NCBI GenBank assembly: GCA_030390025.1
Contig: JASTWF010000379.1
Span: forward strand, 372,001 to 436,000
Origin: Squalus acanthias
Lineage: Eukaryota
Direction of reading: 5' to 3'
DNA length: 64,000 nt
The notes under the pieces were generated by a model. That model searched no databases. It saw only the letters and a program-made list of their open reading frames with translations, and was not told the origin of the DNA. Below are positions 49,754 through 62,084 of the stretch, piece after piece; within the stretch, counting starts at the first letter, position 1; every line of letters starts with the position of its first letter. The position numbers and the translations under genes are program-made.

Positions 49754-52700
49754 TAATTGAAGTTCAGCAAAATGAAAATTTCGTCCCATGCCGTCTGCAA
49801 ACATGTCACTGGACTCTCAGCTTGTACAGTCAGCACATTCGTGTAAAAACTAGTAAAAGCCAAGCAAGGTCGAACATTCCGCGGATTCTTCGCAATTAAC
49901 TTCACTTTCCAGGTGCTTGTGAGTTGTGCTGTATCTCTTCTGAGAATTTACAAGATGTCCCGGGGTTCTCGAGTTCTTTAAGGGCTCGTGTCCATAAAGC
50001 AGGAAGTCATCAAACTTCCCTTATTACCCAAAATACATTGTATCCGACTAGTTTACACAGTCTTTTCACTTCGGTTCTACGTGGCTATATTTTGTTCACC
50101 AGGAGTTCACCAATTTTAGTTGGTGTCAATCTGGGAAATTATTTGGAGTATATTTAGGTACTTATTTTAACGCAGTTATTATATAAATATATAGACTATG
50201 ATCCGCACCTTATGTTAAACTACAACTAAATTCTGAGTATAGCCGTCATTACTTGTTCTGCTGCGATCAGGATGATGGTCAGATGAGAAATGGCACCTGG
50301 TAATTTTATGATTGAAACAAATTATGCGTTTGTCCGCACTCTGTGGGAATTTCAGTTTTGAAGAGGAGAAAACAGTGAAAACGGTAAGAGCTGTTGTTGC
50401 AGTATTATTCTGAAATAATTATTTACCAGGGTCAGATACTGGACGCGAGTGACAGTCCGTTTCTCATTGAACTGACACCTGGGATGGAAGGACCGCGTTA
50501 AAGGCTCCCTTCACATTAAAACCGTGCACCTGGTTTATAACTTACATCGAAACTCGTGCAATGTGAATTACATACCCACACTAATTCACCCTGCGGAGGC
50601 AAACACCCTCAAACTGGGTTAGCTGGTGCAGTGGGTGAAACTCACTTCTATAAAAGCCCGATTGTTATTATATAACTATCAGGTTACCTTGACGACAGAA
50701 TTAATCCTTTCAATAGAAAAGATCACCTTTTTTTAGGACATATCTTCACTGGCCATTTTGCCAAACTTCCAGCTAACTGAAATACAAATTTAAATCATGT
50801 GGGGAAGTGTTTGCTGAGTCCAACTATAATTTGGATTTGTTAATCCAATAAAACAGATTTTTTTAAAATTTGATATATATATCCTCAATGCGTTTTAAAT
50901 TGACATCCTGCAATAAATGTGCTCAATCGCGCAAAGCAGAATATATTATTGTTATGAATTCGTAGATTATTAATCTTACCCCCACCCCCTATTAGTTAGA
51001 ATTCCACTGGCGTGATACCTGGTCCATGTTATGGAGACTGTAATATAATCTAGTCAAATATACCAGGATTTTGCTGGGAGCGGTGGATTGAGTGGGTGTT
51101 CAGGCGACAGGGGCGGGGTGAGATTTTCAAAAACGTTTGAGAAAACACTAACAGCAATTAAAGATAAACGCACGGTTAGATTTCGGATTTTTTAAATATA
51201 TATATATCATGTTTATTAAATTATTTGCCAATTCTGAAACTTTTTAGTCTCGTTCGTTTCCCCAGCACCTCTTTGCTATTTATGATCAACCTCACTAGAT
51301 TTGTAAAAGCCAAACTCTGGCACTGGGACCAAGAAGTCAAAGACCACTTTACAGAAATAATCGTGACAGCATCAAAACCCCGGCAATGAAGAGTGAGAAA
51401 ATCTATCACCTCCGCGCACAGTTGACAGTGGAGAGGGAAGACTGAACAAAGCCAGCCAGAGAAAATCCTATTTTTATATCATGTTGTACCTGGTTATAAA
51501 ATGATTCTGAAAAAAAATATTGCAAATAACCAGGGAAGCGCTGTCCCTGACAGAAGGCTTATTTTCCTTTACAGTCACAATCCACATAACGCGGCCACTT
51601 TGCGACTGACCCTCGCTCTTTTCATCTCATGACCAAATCGAGTTTTTCGATCGCAGACGATTTCTTTCGAATTTTTTTTGCCTTTTTAAATTTGTAATTT
51701 TTTTTGGGGGGGGGGGGTGGTTGCTAAACGCTACACACAGCGCTAACGCGCGGAGTTAATAAGGCGAGTAGTGTTTACAAAGCCTATAATTAGAAAAAGC
51801 TTTCAGTGGAACAATCCACCGAGACGAGGATTAACAGATCCCGCCAGTGTCGGAGCACAGGGAGCGACCGTACAGGACCCAGTGATATGTTCAGCTCCAA
51901 TCGTTCTTGATTTTATTAGAGGCAACCCACCCGCCCGGAATGAATTCAAACGAAGACCTCTGTGTTAAAACGATCCACGTTTTATATAAATAAAATATTC
52001 ATTGATGTGCCTACGATTAACTTGAGTAAAGGCGGAAACCAAAACCCCCGCACTGAACGTACCACTTGGATTTATTTTTAATTCTGGGAATCGGTTTGCC
52101 TCATCAACGAAATTGAAGCTGAAAAATATTTCCATAAGGCTGTAATTACCAGGAAATTACTATTTTGTGTTTTAAAAAATTGATATAACGCGTCAGGGGG
52201 TTGTCACTTTCCTATTGAACACCTCGGCACCCCTGGATCTATCGAGAAAGGCAGCTACAATAATGAATAACTCGATCTGAAACTCTCCTGCAAGGTTCTC
52301 CCATTCGCCCCCGTCCAAATGAACATTCGGTCCCCTGTGAATCCGCACAGGACGTGCTACGGGGGCTGCTGCAGATTCACCGTGCTGCCGCTTCCAAACC
52401 CAGCCCCTGATAGGTGAAACTTGTCAGATTGTGTTCTGATCACCCAGCCATAGTTTAAACACAGACCAATAGACCGTACAAATCCTTCACACAAACTGAG
52501 GAGGGGGGGGGGGGGGGGGGAAGGGGGGAAAGAGAGCCAGACAAAGCGCACGGTCTAAAGTGTGACGATAATGAACCGCCTGTATTAATAAACTGTCACT
52601 TTCTCTTGGTTTAAGTTGTCTCGTTACTTAGGTTTTGCTCTCCAAACCAGATTGTTGTTGTCAGGAGCGCTGCATATAGGTCAGAACGATTCATAAGTAC

Positions 52701-53362
52701 TTGGACCCGTCATCATATGTTACACACTCACAGCCTTATCCTTCACACACTGTCTCAGTTATGCGGACTTTCATTTGGAAAATATTTATCATTTAACAAT
52801 GAAATAAATATATATTAATTCACCAAATCGGCCGATTATTTAGAAATCAATGGGAACATAAATTTACAAAATGAAACAATAACACGTCATATGTTCGGAT
52901 TCGAGGAGAATGAGGATGAACCCCTAATTCAAAACAAAAATACAGCCGCTGTGTTTTTTCCCCCCTCAGTATATTTATGCAATAATAATCGAGAGGATTT
53001 CGCTGTGTTAAAACAGCTCATCTTTTCGCATTGGCGAGTTATTATAAACACAGTGTCAGCGTTTGCAGACAATGCAGCCGCCTTCTCCCGTGCTCACGGT
53101 GTGGCTCCCGGGGGCGAGCTTTAAAAAAGTCAGTTCGTTGCAAACTTCTCCAGAGCCTGTGCTGCCATTTATTTATTTATTTCAGTTTCTGTGTAAAAAA
53201 TCGTGTTGTGTCAGAAATACCGTTGAGTTTACATTTGTAATATTTCTTAGGGTCGTTTTTTTCTCTTCAAAACTAATAAATTCCCCATAATAATTGTTTC
53301 CGTCCGTCCTGTGTGTGTATATATATATAAATATAAAGTGTTAATTGCATTGAACTCCGTAC

Positions 53363-53824
53363 CTGCACATCGTCCAGTCCGTGATGGTTGAGGGCGTGGA
53401 GAGCCAGCGTGTCGACCAGTCCATGGTTCGAGTCCAAGCCGTGGCCGGAATGCAGCAGCACATCAGGCCGCCGGATCGCATGGTAATCCCGGCGGTGGTC
53501 GAGGCTCGACAACTGGGACAGACCCCGGGGCTGATGCAGGATGCCCTGCTCGGCCGCCACCTCCTGGCGCTGCCTCTGCTGCCACGGGTGCTGCTGGGGC
53601 TGGTGCAGGGGGCTGGCCAGGGAGTAAGGGTCGTTGACGTGAGCGTACGGCTCCTGGCTCTGCGGGTAGGGCAGGGGCTGGTAAGGCGGCGGGAAGTAAG
53701 GCGGCTGGAAATCCGAGGAAGGGGTGTGCGAGAGCGGCGGGGCCGTGGCGTAGGGCGCCTGGCTCATGGAGCCTAGCTGGGCGAGGCGGGCACTGTGACT
53801 GCCGTTCATTCCATCGTGCCGATC
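53363..53824 (-). CDS. TFAP2E: AP-2 coding exon 2, Pro/Gln-rich transactivation domain with PY motif
   Basis: Acceptor tctcccag|GAT, 154 codons DRHDG...[14 protein letters not shown]...GLDDVQ, donor CAG|gtacgg. Lies inside ORF 53273..53845. Confidence 0.95.
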
Positions 53825-54509
53825 CTGGGAGAGGAGAACAAACAAGAGAAGCGATTACAGGAGCGAAACTCACTGAATGCGAGTGAAGCACAACAGCACA
53901 GCCCTCCCCGGTTCATTCACTTCCCTTTTATTCTTTGATTTTATTTTTTTATATATATATAGAGTTGATGCTTATTTTTTTTTTCATTTTATTTTCTTAT
54001 GCATTGCTCGCCCTTTCTTACTTTCGTTTCCAGCTCCCCGTGCGATTCTTTGAATTTGATCGCTCTGCCTCTTATCGAAAACTGCACCTTATTTTTTGCG
54101 CAATAAGTTCGTGAGGAAATGTATCGGCTACAGATCTGGAATCAAAATCAGCCCCCCCCCCTCCCTCCCACCCAGCCCAGAGGAGAAAATACTTACCCCC
54201 CACCCCCCTCCCACACACACACACACACAGTGCCCCCGTTTTGTTTTTAGCTTGTGTGTGTGTCAACATATTAAAGTTGCCCCATGTGGGAGTTCCAGTT
54301 TTGAACTGGTTGAGCTCCCCATTGTGAAATACCAAAAGTTGGCCAAAATAGCGAAAGCGATGGAGAAACAACGGGAGTCGGGTGAACCATCTGTTGTACA
54401 TTATTTGGTAAGGAAATAAACCTTTTTTCCCCCCTCCCCGCACAATGCCCTGAATTTAGTTTCAATCCGATATAAACGGCCCCGTTTCCCCTCTCTCTGC
54501 CGTACTCAC

Positions 54510-54536
54510 CATTGCAGCATACGTGTGTACCAACAT
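54510..54536 (-). CDS. TFAP2E: AP-2 coding exon 1 (MLVHTYAAM)
   Basis: Minus strand reads ATG TTG GTA CAC ACG TAT GCT GCA ATG then donor GTGAGT. Matches the MLVHTYSAM/MLVHSFSAM class of AP-2 first exons; phase 0 fits exon 2. Confidence 0.9.
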
Positions 54537-57500
54537 CTGTGCAATCTGGGGGACGCCAAATCCCAAACAATCCCAGTTTCTTCTTTCTATTTTTGTTTTT
54601 CAGTCGGAACAAACTCCAAGGAATTAGGAGAAAACGAGCCCAAAATCCATAAAGATCCGCGTGTCGGGGATGTATTTGGAAGAGGTGGCCAAGCTGAAGA
54701 GTTTGAGGCTGGGATCGGCTCCGAGTTTCGCTCTCTCTCTCTCTCTCTCTGTCTCACTGAGTCCCGGGCTGTCTCTTCTATTAAATATCAGCAAATCTTT
54801 AATCGGCCGAGCGTGAACGAGCGCTGCGCGTTCTCGACGCCGGGCGCCGGGGACGCGCACTTCCTGTGTCAAATAGAACAACTCCTGATCCGGGAGGGAA
54901 AGGGAAACAGCGAGAGGAACCGACAGAGACATTTAAAAGAGGGAGAGAAAAAAAAACCCAGAGACAATATGTATTTTGCACATTTTTTTTATTTAAGACT
55001 TGTCTGTGTGCGCGATCTGCCCATCACCAGCCGGGCACAAAGTGACTGGAGCTGGGGAATAAATCATCCGCAGCCCAGGAACAGCGGGTGAAAAGGAAGA
55101 ACCCTCTCCAATACAGATATTTAACAGAAAATAAACACACTTAAAAAAAAATGCCATGGGATTTTTTTTTTTTAAACCCCACAAAACGACACAAAACTGC
55201 TGATCGGAGCCCCGTTCCAACCCTGCAGGGAGACAACTTGTTAAAAGTTTGCGAGAAGTCGGGACGGTGGAAGCAGGCAATCCGCCGCGGCGATGGGCTT
55301 TTTCTACCTTTTCTACCGGTCAGCGACGTTGCCGGAGGGCCTGTTTTAAATCTGAATGCATTGAGCAGTTGGCGTCGCTTGCGGCGTCTTCTGCTTCTGA
55401 TCCAGTCGAAAGAGCTGGCTGGCCCGGCTTGATGCTGAATTCTTGCCCGAGTTTCCAGGTCTGTCCCCCCAGCCTCGCAGACTCGTCCTCTTCCGCCAAC
55501 CAAACCAAATATTGCGGTTAATCTTTGTTCAGTGCTCCCTTGTAATAGTTCAGTGTACATGTGGAAATGAAATGAAATTAAAAATTATTCCGAGCACCGG
55601 TTATGAAATATTCATAAACTCTCTTTTGTGCAGGTCGTGTTGATACAGGTAACTGCTCTTCAGGCTTCTGTGTTACCAGTCGACATGTCAGTATCTTAGA
55701 CTTAATGGTAAATATTTCTGTTTTAATATAATAAAGACATTTAACAAATTATTTTCAACAATAAACTTCGAGGCCCGCCCAGTCTAACAAGGTATTTATT
55801 TAAAGCCTTGGATGGGACTCCGTTTACACAGCATTTCTTAACTTCCTTTCTGGAACTCGCTCCTTTCCATCTTTCCTGCCTTATTTTCTCTCTCAATTCC
55901 TGCAGGTACAGAGGCCTTTTCTCCAAACCAAGTCCATTTGTTAAAAAAAAAGTTTCAAGTTGCAAGGACATCCGTAAATTTGCAACGTTCCCATTGTAAC
56001 ACTGAACGCGCGCTTACAAAATCTTACTTACATTTCCGAATAAATGATATTGAAACGAAGATGATAATTAGCAGGTGTAACAAATGGGTTCCTGAACTAG
56101 TTGGTCTTCGGCTCCGGGATTGTGTTTGTTTTCTTCCTCCCTACTTCATTTAGCTGGCTATTGTAGAAATCTTCCTTTGTGGCATTTGCTGTGAATTTTG
56201 CACCCTCCCACCCCGTTCTTTTCAGTTAGAATTTACTCGGGCAAATGAATAGGAAAGTTTAGAAATGGCCGCTAACACACATACTGCTTCGACTGTGTCC
56301 GGCCGAAGCAGGGGGTGGGTGGGAGAGCTGGAACTGTCTCCAATTTAATCAGCAGGAACGTGGATCGATACAAGAACTAAATTTCAGAACAAGAACTAAA
56401 CTTCATCGTTACCTGTACACCAGGCTGTGGTCAGAAATATCCCGCCCTCACTCTAACGCATGAATATCCGCAATGTTAATAATAAAATAAAGTTTGGGTC
56501 AGTTGTACTGACCATCTCCTAGCGGCATTGCCACGGGGGATGGCTGATTTACATTTTAAATCCCCGATGTGCCGGCTGTATGTATTGTGGTTGCAGGATG
56601 TATTCAAATCGAACATTAAAAATCAAACTTCATTGCAAAAAAAATGTTTAAGAAACATAACATTATTAGGAAAACTTTCGCAAACAAATTACCTGAAAGT
56701 TCAGAACTGTCCACGATAAATATTAATGGACCAAAAAAATGCACAACGCCTTTAAGATGATCTTTATGGGAGTAAGGATATGAATACTGGGCGATAAATA
56801 TGCATAAATACAAGGAAAATTGCACGGCTTTACAAGTGAGGTTGCGAAAGTCGTCAATTGTAACCGAAAGTATTTCAATCTTTTGCGATAGATGAGAGCT
56901 TTCTCCACAAATCGTGTGAAAAATAATTTGTCCGTTCTGGACATTTATAACAGAGAGATTGTTGAATGTGAAGAAAAAAGCGGTTGTGAGAATAGGAATT
57001 GAGTAAAACAGAGCGATTATATACGTCTGCCTGTAAGTAAGTGTGCTTGGGTGTATGAGAGAGAAAGATTTGTGTGTGTTGATTTTTTTTAAGCTATGTG
57101 TGTCTGTAAGAAACATTGTCTGTGAGTGTGTGTGGGGAAGGTGGTTCTGTATGTGTAGTTGTACTGACAGTAGTGCCTCTCGCTGGCCGTAATACTGGTA
57201 CACAATACCACATACTGGGGACTTTCTTCGTTCATTCCAGTTGCACAGCCTCGTACTTAGTAGCCATCACTTTGACAAGGACTGCAGCTCGAAAAATCAA
57301 AACTTTTTGACCTGTAACAAAACGGGTTTCCCCATGCGGCTCAGGTGATCTGATCACTGATAATAAATTTCATTAAGAATGTTCAAAATATTTCTGATTT
57401 GTCAAGCTCAAGCAATTCGGGAAACCTACATAAGTATGAAGAACGGGTTCTAAGAACATTTTGCACACTCTCTTAAATGTTGTTGCTCCCTTTAGACTAT

Positions 57501-60500
57501 TTAATGTCTCACTCACAGCTAAACAAACACGCGAATGAGGTTCAGCGAAGGACTTATGTCCTGGTAGATTTATTTTAGACTAATAACTAAAACCAGAGGA
57601 AAAACGCATTTTCATTTCCGTTGTTTTAAGAACATGTTATGGGATAATCAAGAACTTGGTGCGTAAAGAACACATTTTGGGGATATCTTTCCTCACCAAG
57701 CATTCATTTTTTCCTCCTTTTTAAAGGACGGATATAATCCCGGAAAATGCACGGGGAAATTTAACTGAGTACGGATATCAAAATAATCAACCATTAAAAA
57801 AAGTTTACATCCAGGCCTATACATACATGTAAATATGTACATACATTTGGTAAGGGTAGTTACAGCTTCACCGCAACCCAATACATATTTGGTCTCATTA
57901 AGGGTTCGATCAGCTTATCATATTCCTTCGAAATAAGTTTCATATATTTTGGCAACAGGGATAAAACCAGTGTTACGTGTAAGGAGGGAAATAGATAGAC
58001 GGGTTTTATAATAACTATTTATATATAAATACTGTGCATGGAATCCAAGGGGAGAATAGACATGTTTTCTCCGCGATAAGGTGTCGTTGTCTGCAAAAGT
58101 ACTTCGCAGTTATTCATAAACAGAGTATAAGAGGGAGTTAGTCAGACCCTGGGACTCTCCAACATCTAGAGAAATAAATACGATACCCCCCACCCCACCC
58201 CTCCCCGCAGTTTTAGTGCTTTCTTGGGGGGACAGGAGTGTGTTGCTTATTCGTGCTGTGCAAAAGATATTAAGGGGTCCCATAAGAAATTAATAAACTT
58301 TTAAAAGTTTATTTTGAGAGGGCTGATATTAGTTATTCACGAGATGTTTAAAACAGAAGGGAACCGGCTGCCTTTTATTAGCATGAACACGATTCATCAA
58401 TTGCCTCAGACTCTGGACATGTGCCTCTTCCCAGGTAGTCAGTCCGGCGAATACTGGATGTCTCTTCCAGTTTTCAAAACTACACAAGTCACTCGAAGAC
58501 AACATCCGCACGATTTCCTAGTGGTGAACGCCAGGAAGTGATATTACAGAAATCATCTGTCAGGAGCAAGTGGCGTTTGATTCTCAGTATTTTCTGAATC
58601 CGATGATAACAATAGTCCATATATTTCAACGCAGAAATGCTTTTGCAGTTTTGAAACGATTAGATCCTCGCGATTGACTTTTCAGCTTTTTTTTCGATTG
58701 CATTCCAAAACCGATTTCTCATAGATTTTAAATATTGCCATCTGTGCAAATCCATGCATCTTTCGTAAACGGTTCCTATTTGAAAACCACTTTCGTTATA
58801 CATTCTATCTACTTTTGCGTCTCCATGGGGTTGCATTGCCAAGTTAATGGCATTAGTTTATCTCTCTTTACGCGCTGTGATCTGACGTGTTATTTAATAC
58901 ATTTTATTACCATCCTTTAGCTGTTTATAATGTTAAACTGTTTTCTTTCTGTAACCTGCATCGCTGATTGCTATTCTGCTTTCTGTTGTAAATGTGTGTG
59001 TGTGATTTGATTCTCTCTCTCTCTGCCATGTCTTTGTGTAATTCGTGTGTTGTTAGGAGATTTAGCCCTGGTTCTCGGTGTCAGCTTTGAGGGACATTCA
59101 CAGATTGAAGATCTCACATTAAAATCAATTGAATTCTCCCTCTGTCGCCTGCAGCGACCCCCAGCTCTTGTTGTTGTTGTTGTTGTTGGAGGAGAGAAGC
59201 GGGCGGGGGTGAATCTCACCGCCTTTGGAGCGACCCGAATTCATTCTTTAAACAGTTTAATATCACCTTTAATTAAACCCACTATTAAATGCTTTTGGTT
59301 TCCAAATCCCATTTTTCCCCTGCCACAAATCTACTAATACATTTGGATTACTCCTGTGCTTGCTCATCTGGTTGATTTTTTTTGGAAAGAATAATACTCA
59401 AGCCTGCCCGTCGAATTTATCTAAATAACTAAATCTATCGCCCCGCGTACGCACAGAGACACACACAGGATGCAAACGGTAAGAGAAGATAATCTAATGT
59501 GTCAAGAAAAAATCAACTGATCGGCGAGTTATCCCAGGCCAGATTCGAACCCTTTCCTAAATGATCTGCAAAATAATTGTTGTTCTACAATGAGACGCAA
59601 AAAATCGAGGCATTTATAAGACTCGTCCTTGATCCGAAGATCACACGGGTTCGCTCTCCAGCTGCTAACATGACTTAAAACACACACTGATGTGCGTGTT
59701 TACTTTTTGCACGGGCCGAGCCTCTCTGCTGCATGAAGTTTCCTTGTGCTGTCGATTGGTGAGTGTGCGCTGGGCGCAGTGCCGACTCACACGCTCCGCC
59801 CCAGCAGCACCCGTGTCTCAGTGTCACAGCGACACCCAGCGGAACATACGGCAGCCACGTCCCAGTCGATTGAAACTTCCCATGCCTGTTGCAACCGCAG
59901 CATAATAAAACCTAAAATAATTATACACACCAGGCCACCGCCACTCCCAAATGTCATTCCTCGCCGGGAAAGATCGGAATGCAATGCTCCTGTGGGATTT
60001 TTTTCCCCCATGTAAACTGAGGAGAAGGGCAACAGTAATCGCCCAAATTCCTGAAGTCAGATTTGGCTTGAGTCTAAGTTGTAATTTTGCTGCGAGAGTA
60101 CTTAAAATTATTTGCGGGGTGGGTATACGGATTCCAGAACCGTCCGCAGTTCTGCTGCGCTGGTGTCTAAAATCAGAATTTGACGATTTTTGTTAGAGCT
60201 CTGGCCTAAACTTTTCTATGCCGAGCTAAATGTGTGCCAGAGCTGGGGTTTCAAATACAAAAAAAATCTGGTTCTCACTGGTGGTGAATTAGTTAAATCC
60301 ATGGGTTATACTCAATGGGGAAAGGTCACTGGATTGGAGTCTTAGGACCAAAAAGATCTACCTGAGAGATTGAAATATGCAGCAGAGCTTCTGAAGCAGT
60401 GTAAGATTACCCAAAGAAGGCAGCTTGATCACACCAACTACAGTTGAACTCCAGCCTGGTGAGAATTCACATTCTAGAAGTCCCTGGACAATATACTGAA

Positions 60501-60810
60501 TCTGCTGGGAACTTTATAAAGTTATCTTTCCCCAAGTAAAGGGCTGAAATTCGCCTGTGGGCTCCTAACATTAAAAATTAACCACTCAGGGACAGGGCTC
60601 TGTTTGTGCATCCAAGCACAGCTCCTTTGTCACTCACCTCAGTGTAACCCGCAGAGCAGTGGTGGTGCAACTCTAGTCTGCTTCACTCAGGGTCACACTT
60701 TCCAGCAATTCAGTCGTGCACAGCAGGCTTTTGCTGCTTCCGCTTTGCACCAGTTACAAAACTTTGAATCTTTTTACACAATTTGCTGAACTTCAATAAA
60801 GTTTAATATT

Positions 60811-61574
60811 GGCCCAGATTTTGCTGTCAAAACAACGATGAGGCGAATGGCGCCCTCTGTTATTTAAATGTAAGTGGTACAGCAACTTTAGGCGAGGGCC
60901 AGCTGCGCAGTTAAATGCCAATATCCAAAAGTTGCTGCCTGAGTTGCACTGCTCTGCTGCACTGTCTGCCTCACCATTGAAATGCATTGAATGGTGTGAA
61001 GTTTCTGTATTTGCGCAATAGATACGAACTAAACTCGCCACAAAAAGTTAAGTCTTCTTATTACAAGCGCAAGTACCCTTTTAACGATGTGATAAGTGCT
61101 AATTACTGCCACATCACCTCTCTGGCACTGAAAATTAACTATTAAAAGTGTGGAGGATCATTCCTTCAGGTATTAATTGTTGAAGATTTTCAAAGTGTCA
61201 AAATTAAAATTAAAAAATGTTTACTTTTCCTTTCTGTCTAATCTTTCTCACTCCATTAATCCAATTTTCCCCCCTCTCTTTATTTCTCTTTCTGTACCTG
61301 ATTTGACATTGAATTCACCCACTCTAAGTTACACTTCCTTCTCCGTCGTTCCTCTGTTTATTTCACAATCCTTCAATCTGATTGGTTAAGACGATACACA
61401 GTTGCTTGCCCTGTTCACTCAGGTCCCAGATTCCCTGATTCCCTCACTGCGCCATAATCAGCTCACACTTGCAGCAACTTGCCACGGAAATAAATGTAAA
61501 AACCTAAACGTGGAAGGGCAAGTCTAACTAACAGCAGATGCCATTAGATGCCCTCCCACAGCAAAATCTGGGTC
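60811..61574. mobile_element. Non-autonomous PIF/Harbinger-type element with ATT TSD
   Basis: TIR ggcccagattttgctgt / acagcaaaatctgggtc (16/17), with ATT directly on both flanks. Confidence 0.8.
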
Positions 61575-61605
61575 ATTACATTTTTCAAAATGAGAAAATC
61601 TGATC

Positions 61606-61695
61606 AACAACAACTTGCATTTATATAGCGCCTTTAACGTAGTAAAATGTTGCAAGGCGATTCACAGGAGCGTTATCAGACAAAATTTGACAACT
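61606..61695 (-). mobile_element. L2 tail fragment
   Basis: caacaacaacttgcatttatatagcgcctttaacgtagtaaaa... Confidence 0.7.
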
Positions 61696-61869
61696 CTAAC
61701 TTTAAAAAGTTTGACTGGTAGTTGAAGGTAGGTGAGTAAAGTACTGAGCATGTATTTAAATCAGCAGGCACAGAGCTCTGTTTTAACTAAAGCAGGATAA
61801 CTCAGTGCTGTCCACTTGCACTGCTCTAAAAATGGTACCAGCTTCAAGTGTAACTGTAATATGAAATAA

Positions 61870-62084
61870 GTAGAATAAAAGTGAAAAGTAAAAGAAGTTT
61901 TCTGGTATGTTGAAGGACTAACAGTCATAATCTAACTGCACAGTACTGTGGTCAGACCACGCCTTGAATACTGTATCCAATTCTGGGCACCGTGACACAG
62001 GGTTCAAACGTTGGAAACAGTGCAGATAAGAGCCATGAGGCTAGTGTTAGAAGTCTGAGTTATGAGGAAGGACTGGAGAGACCT
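61870..62084 (+). mobile_element. CR1 ORF2 remnant, target of the Harbinger insertion
   Basis: VVRPRLEYCIQFWAP and SYEEGLERPG motifs. Confidence 0.7.

Larger units (their letters stand above)
13435..54536 (-). other. TFAP2E: AP-2 family transcription factor gene, coding exons 1-5 (partial; 3' exons outside window), most likely AP-2 epsilon
   Basis: Five GT-AG exons (27+462+61+226+119 nt) splice in frame into an AP-2 protein. Points to TFAP2E: MLVHTYAAM start exon, exon 4 [15 protein letters not shown], short intron 1, very long intron 3, and no recognisable MLWKL-type exon 1a. Exons 2 and 3 resemble TFAP2B, so the paralog call is less certain than the family call. Confidence 0.7.
53350..55500. 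promoter_or_regulatory. CpG island / promoter and 5'UTR of the AP-2 gene
   Basis: GC- and CpG-dense sequence over exon 2, exon 1 and upstream. A (TC)n tract near 54732-54750 and an ETS-like CACTTCCTGT near 54858. The TSS cannot be placed from sequence alone. Confidence 0.7.

Noticed and set aside
53381-53891. Overlapping ORFs (+131 aa, -142 aa) over exon 2
   Set aside because: Shadow frames of a GC-rich coding exon with no recognisable domain.
54525-55091. 188-aa + strand ORF across the promoter
   Set aside because: Non-ATG start, runs through a microsatellite (SLSLSL), and has no domain similarity I recognise.
55320-55508. TWKLGQEFSIK as an AP-2 exon 1a (MLWKL..NVKYE)
   Set aside because: Only WKL matches; no Met, KYE motif or suitable splice donor.
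56616-57203. 195-aa minus-strand ORF upstream of the gene
   Set aside because: Low-complexity, CA-repeat-influenced composition with no recognisable homology or splice evidence.
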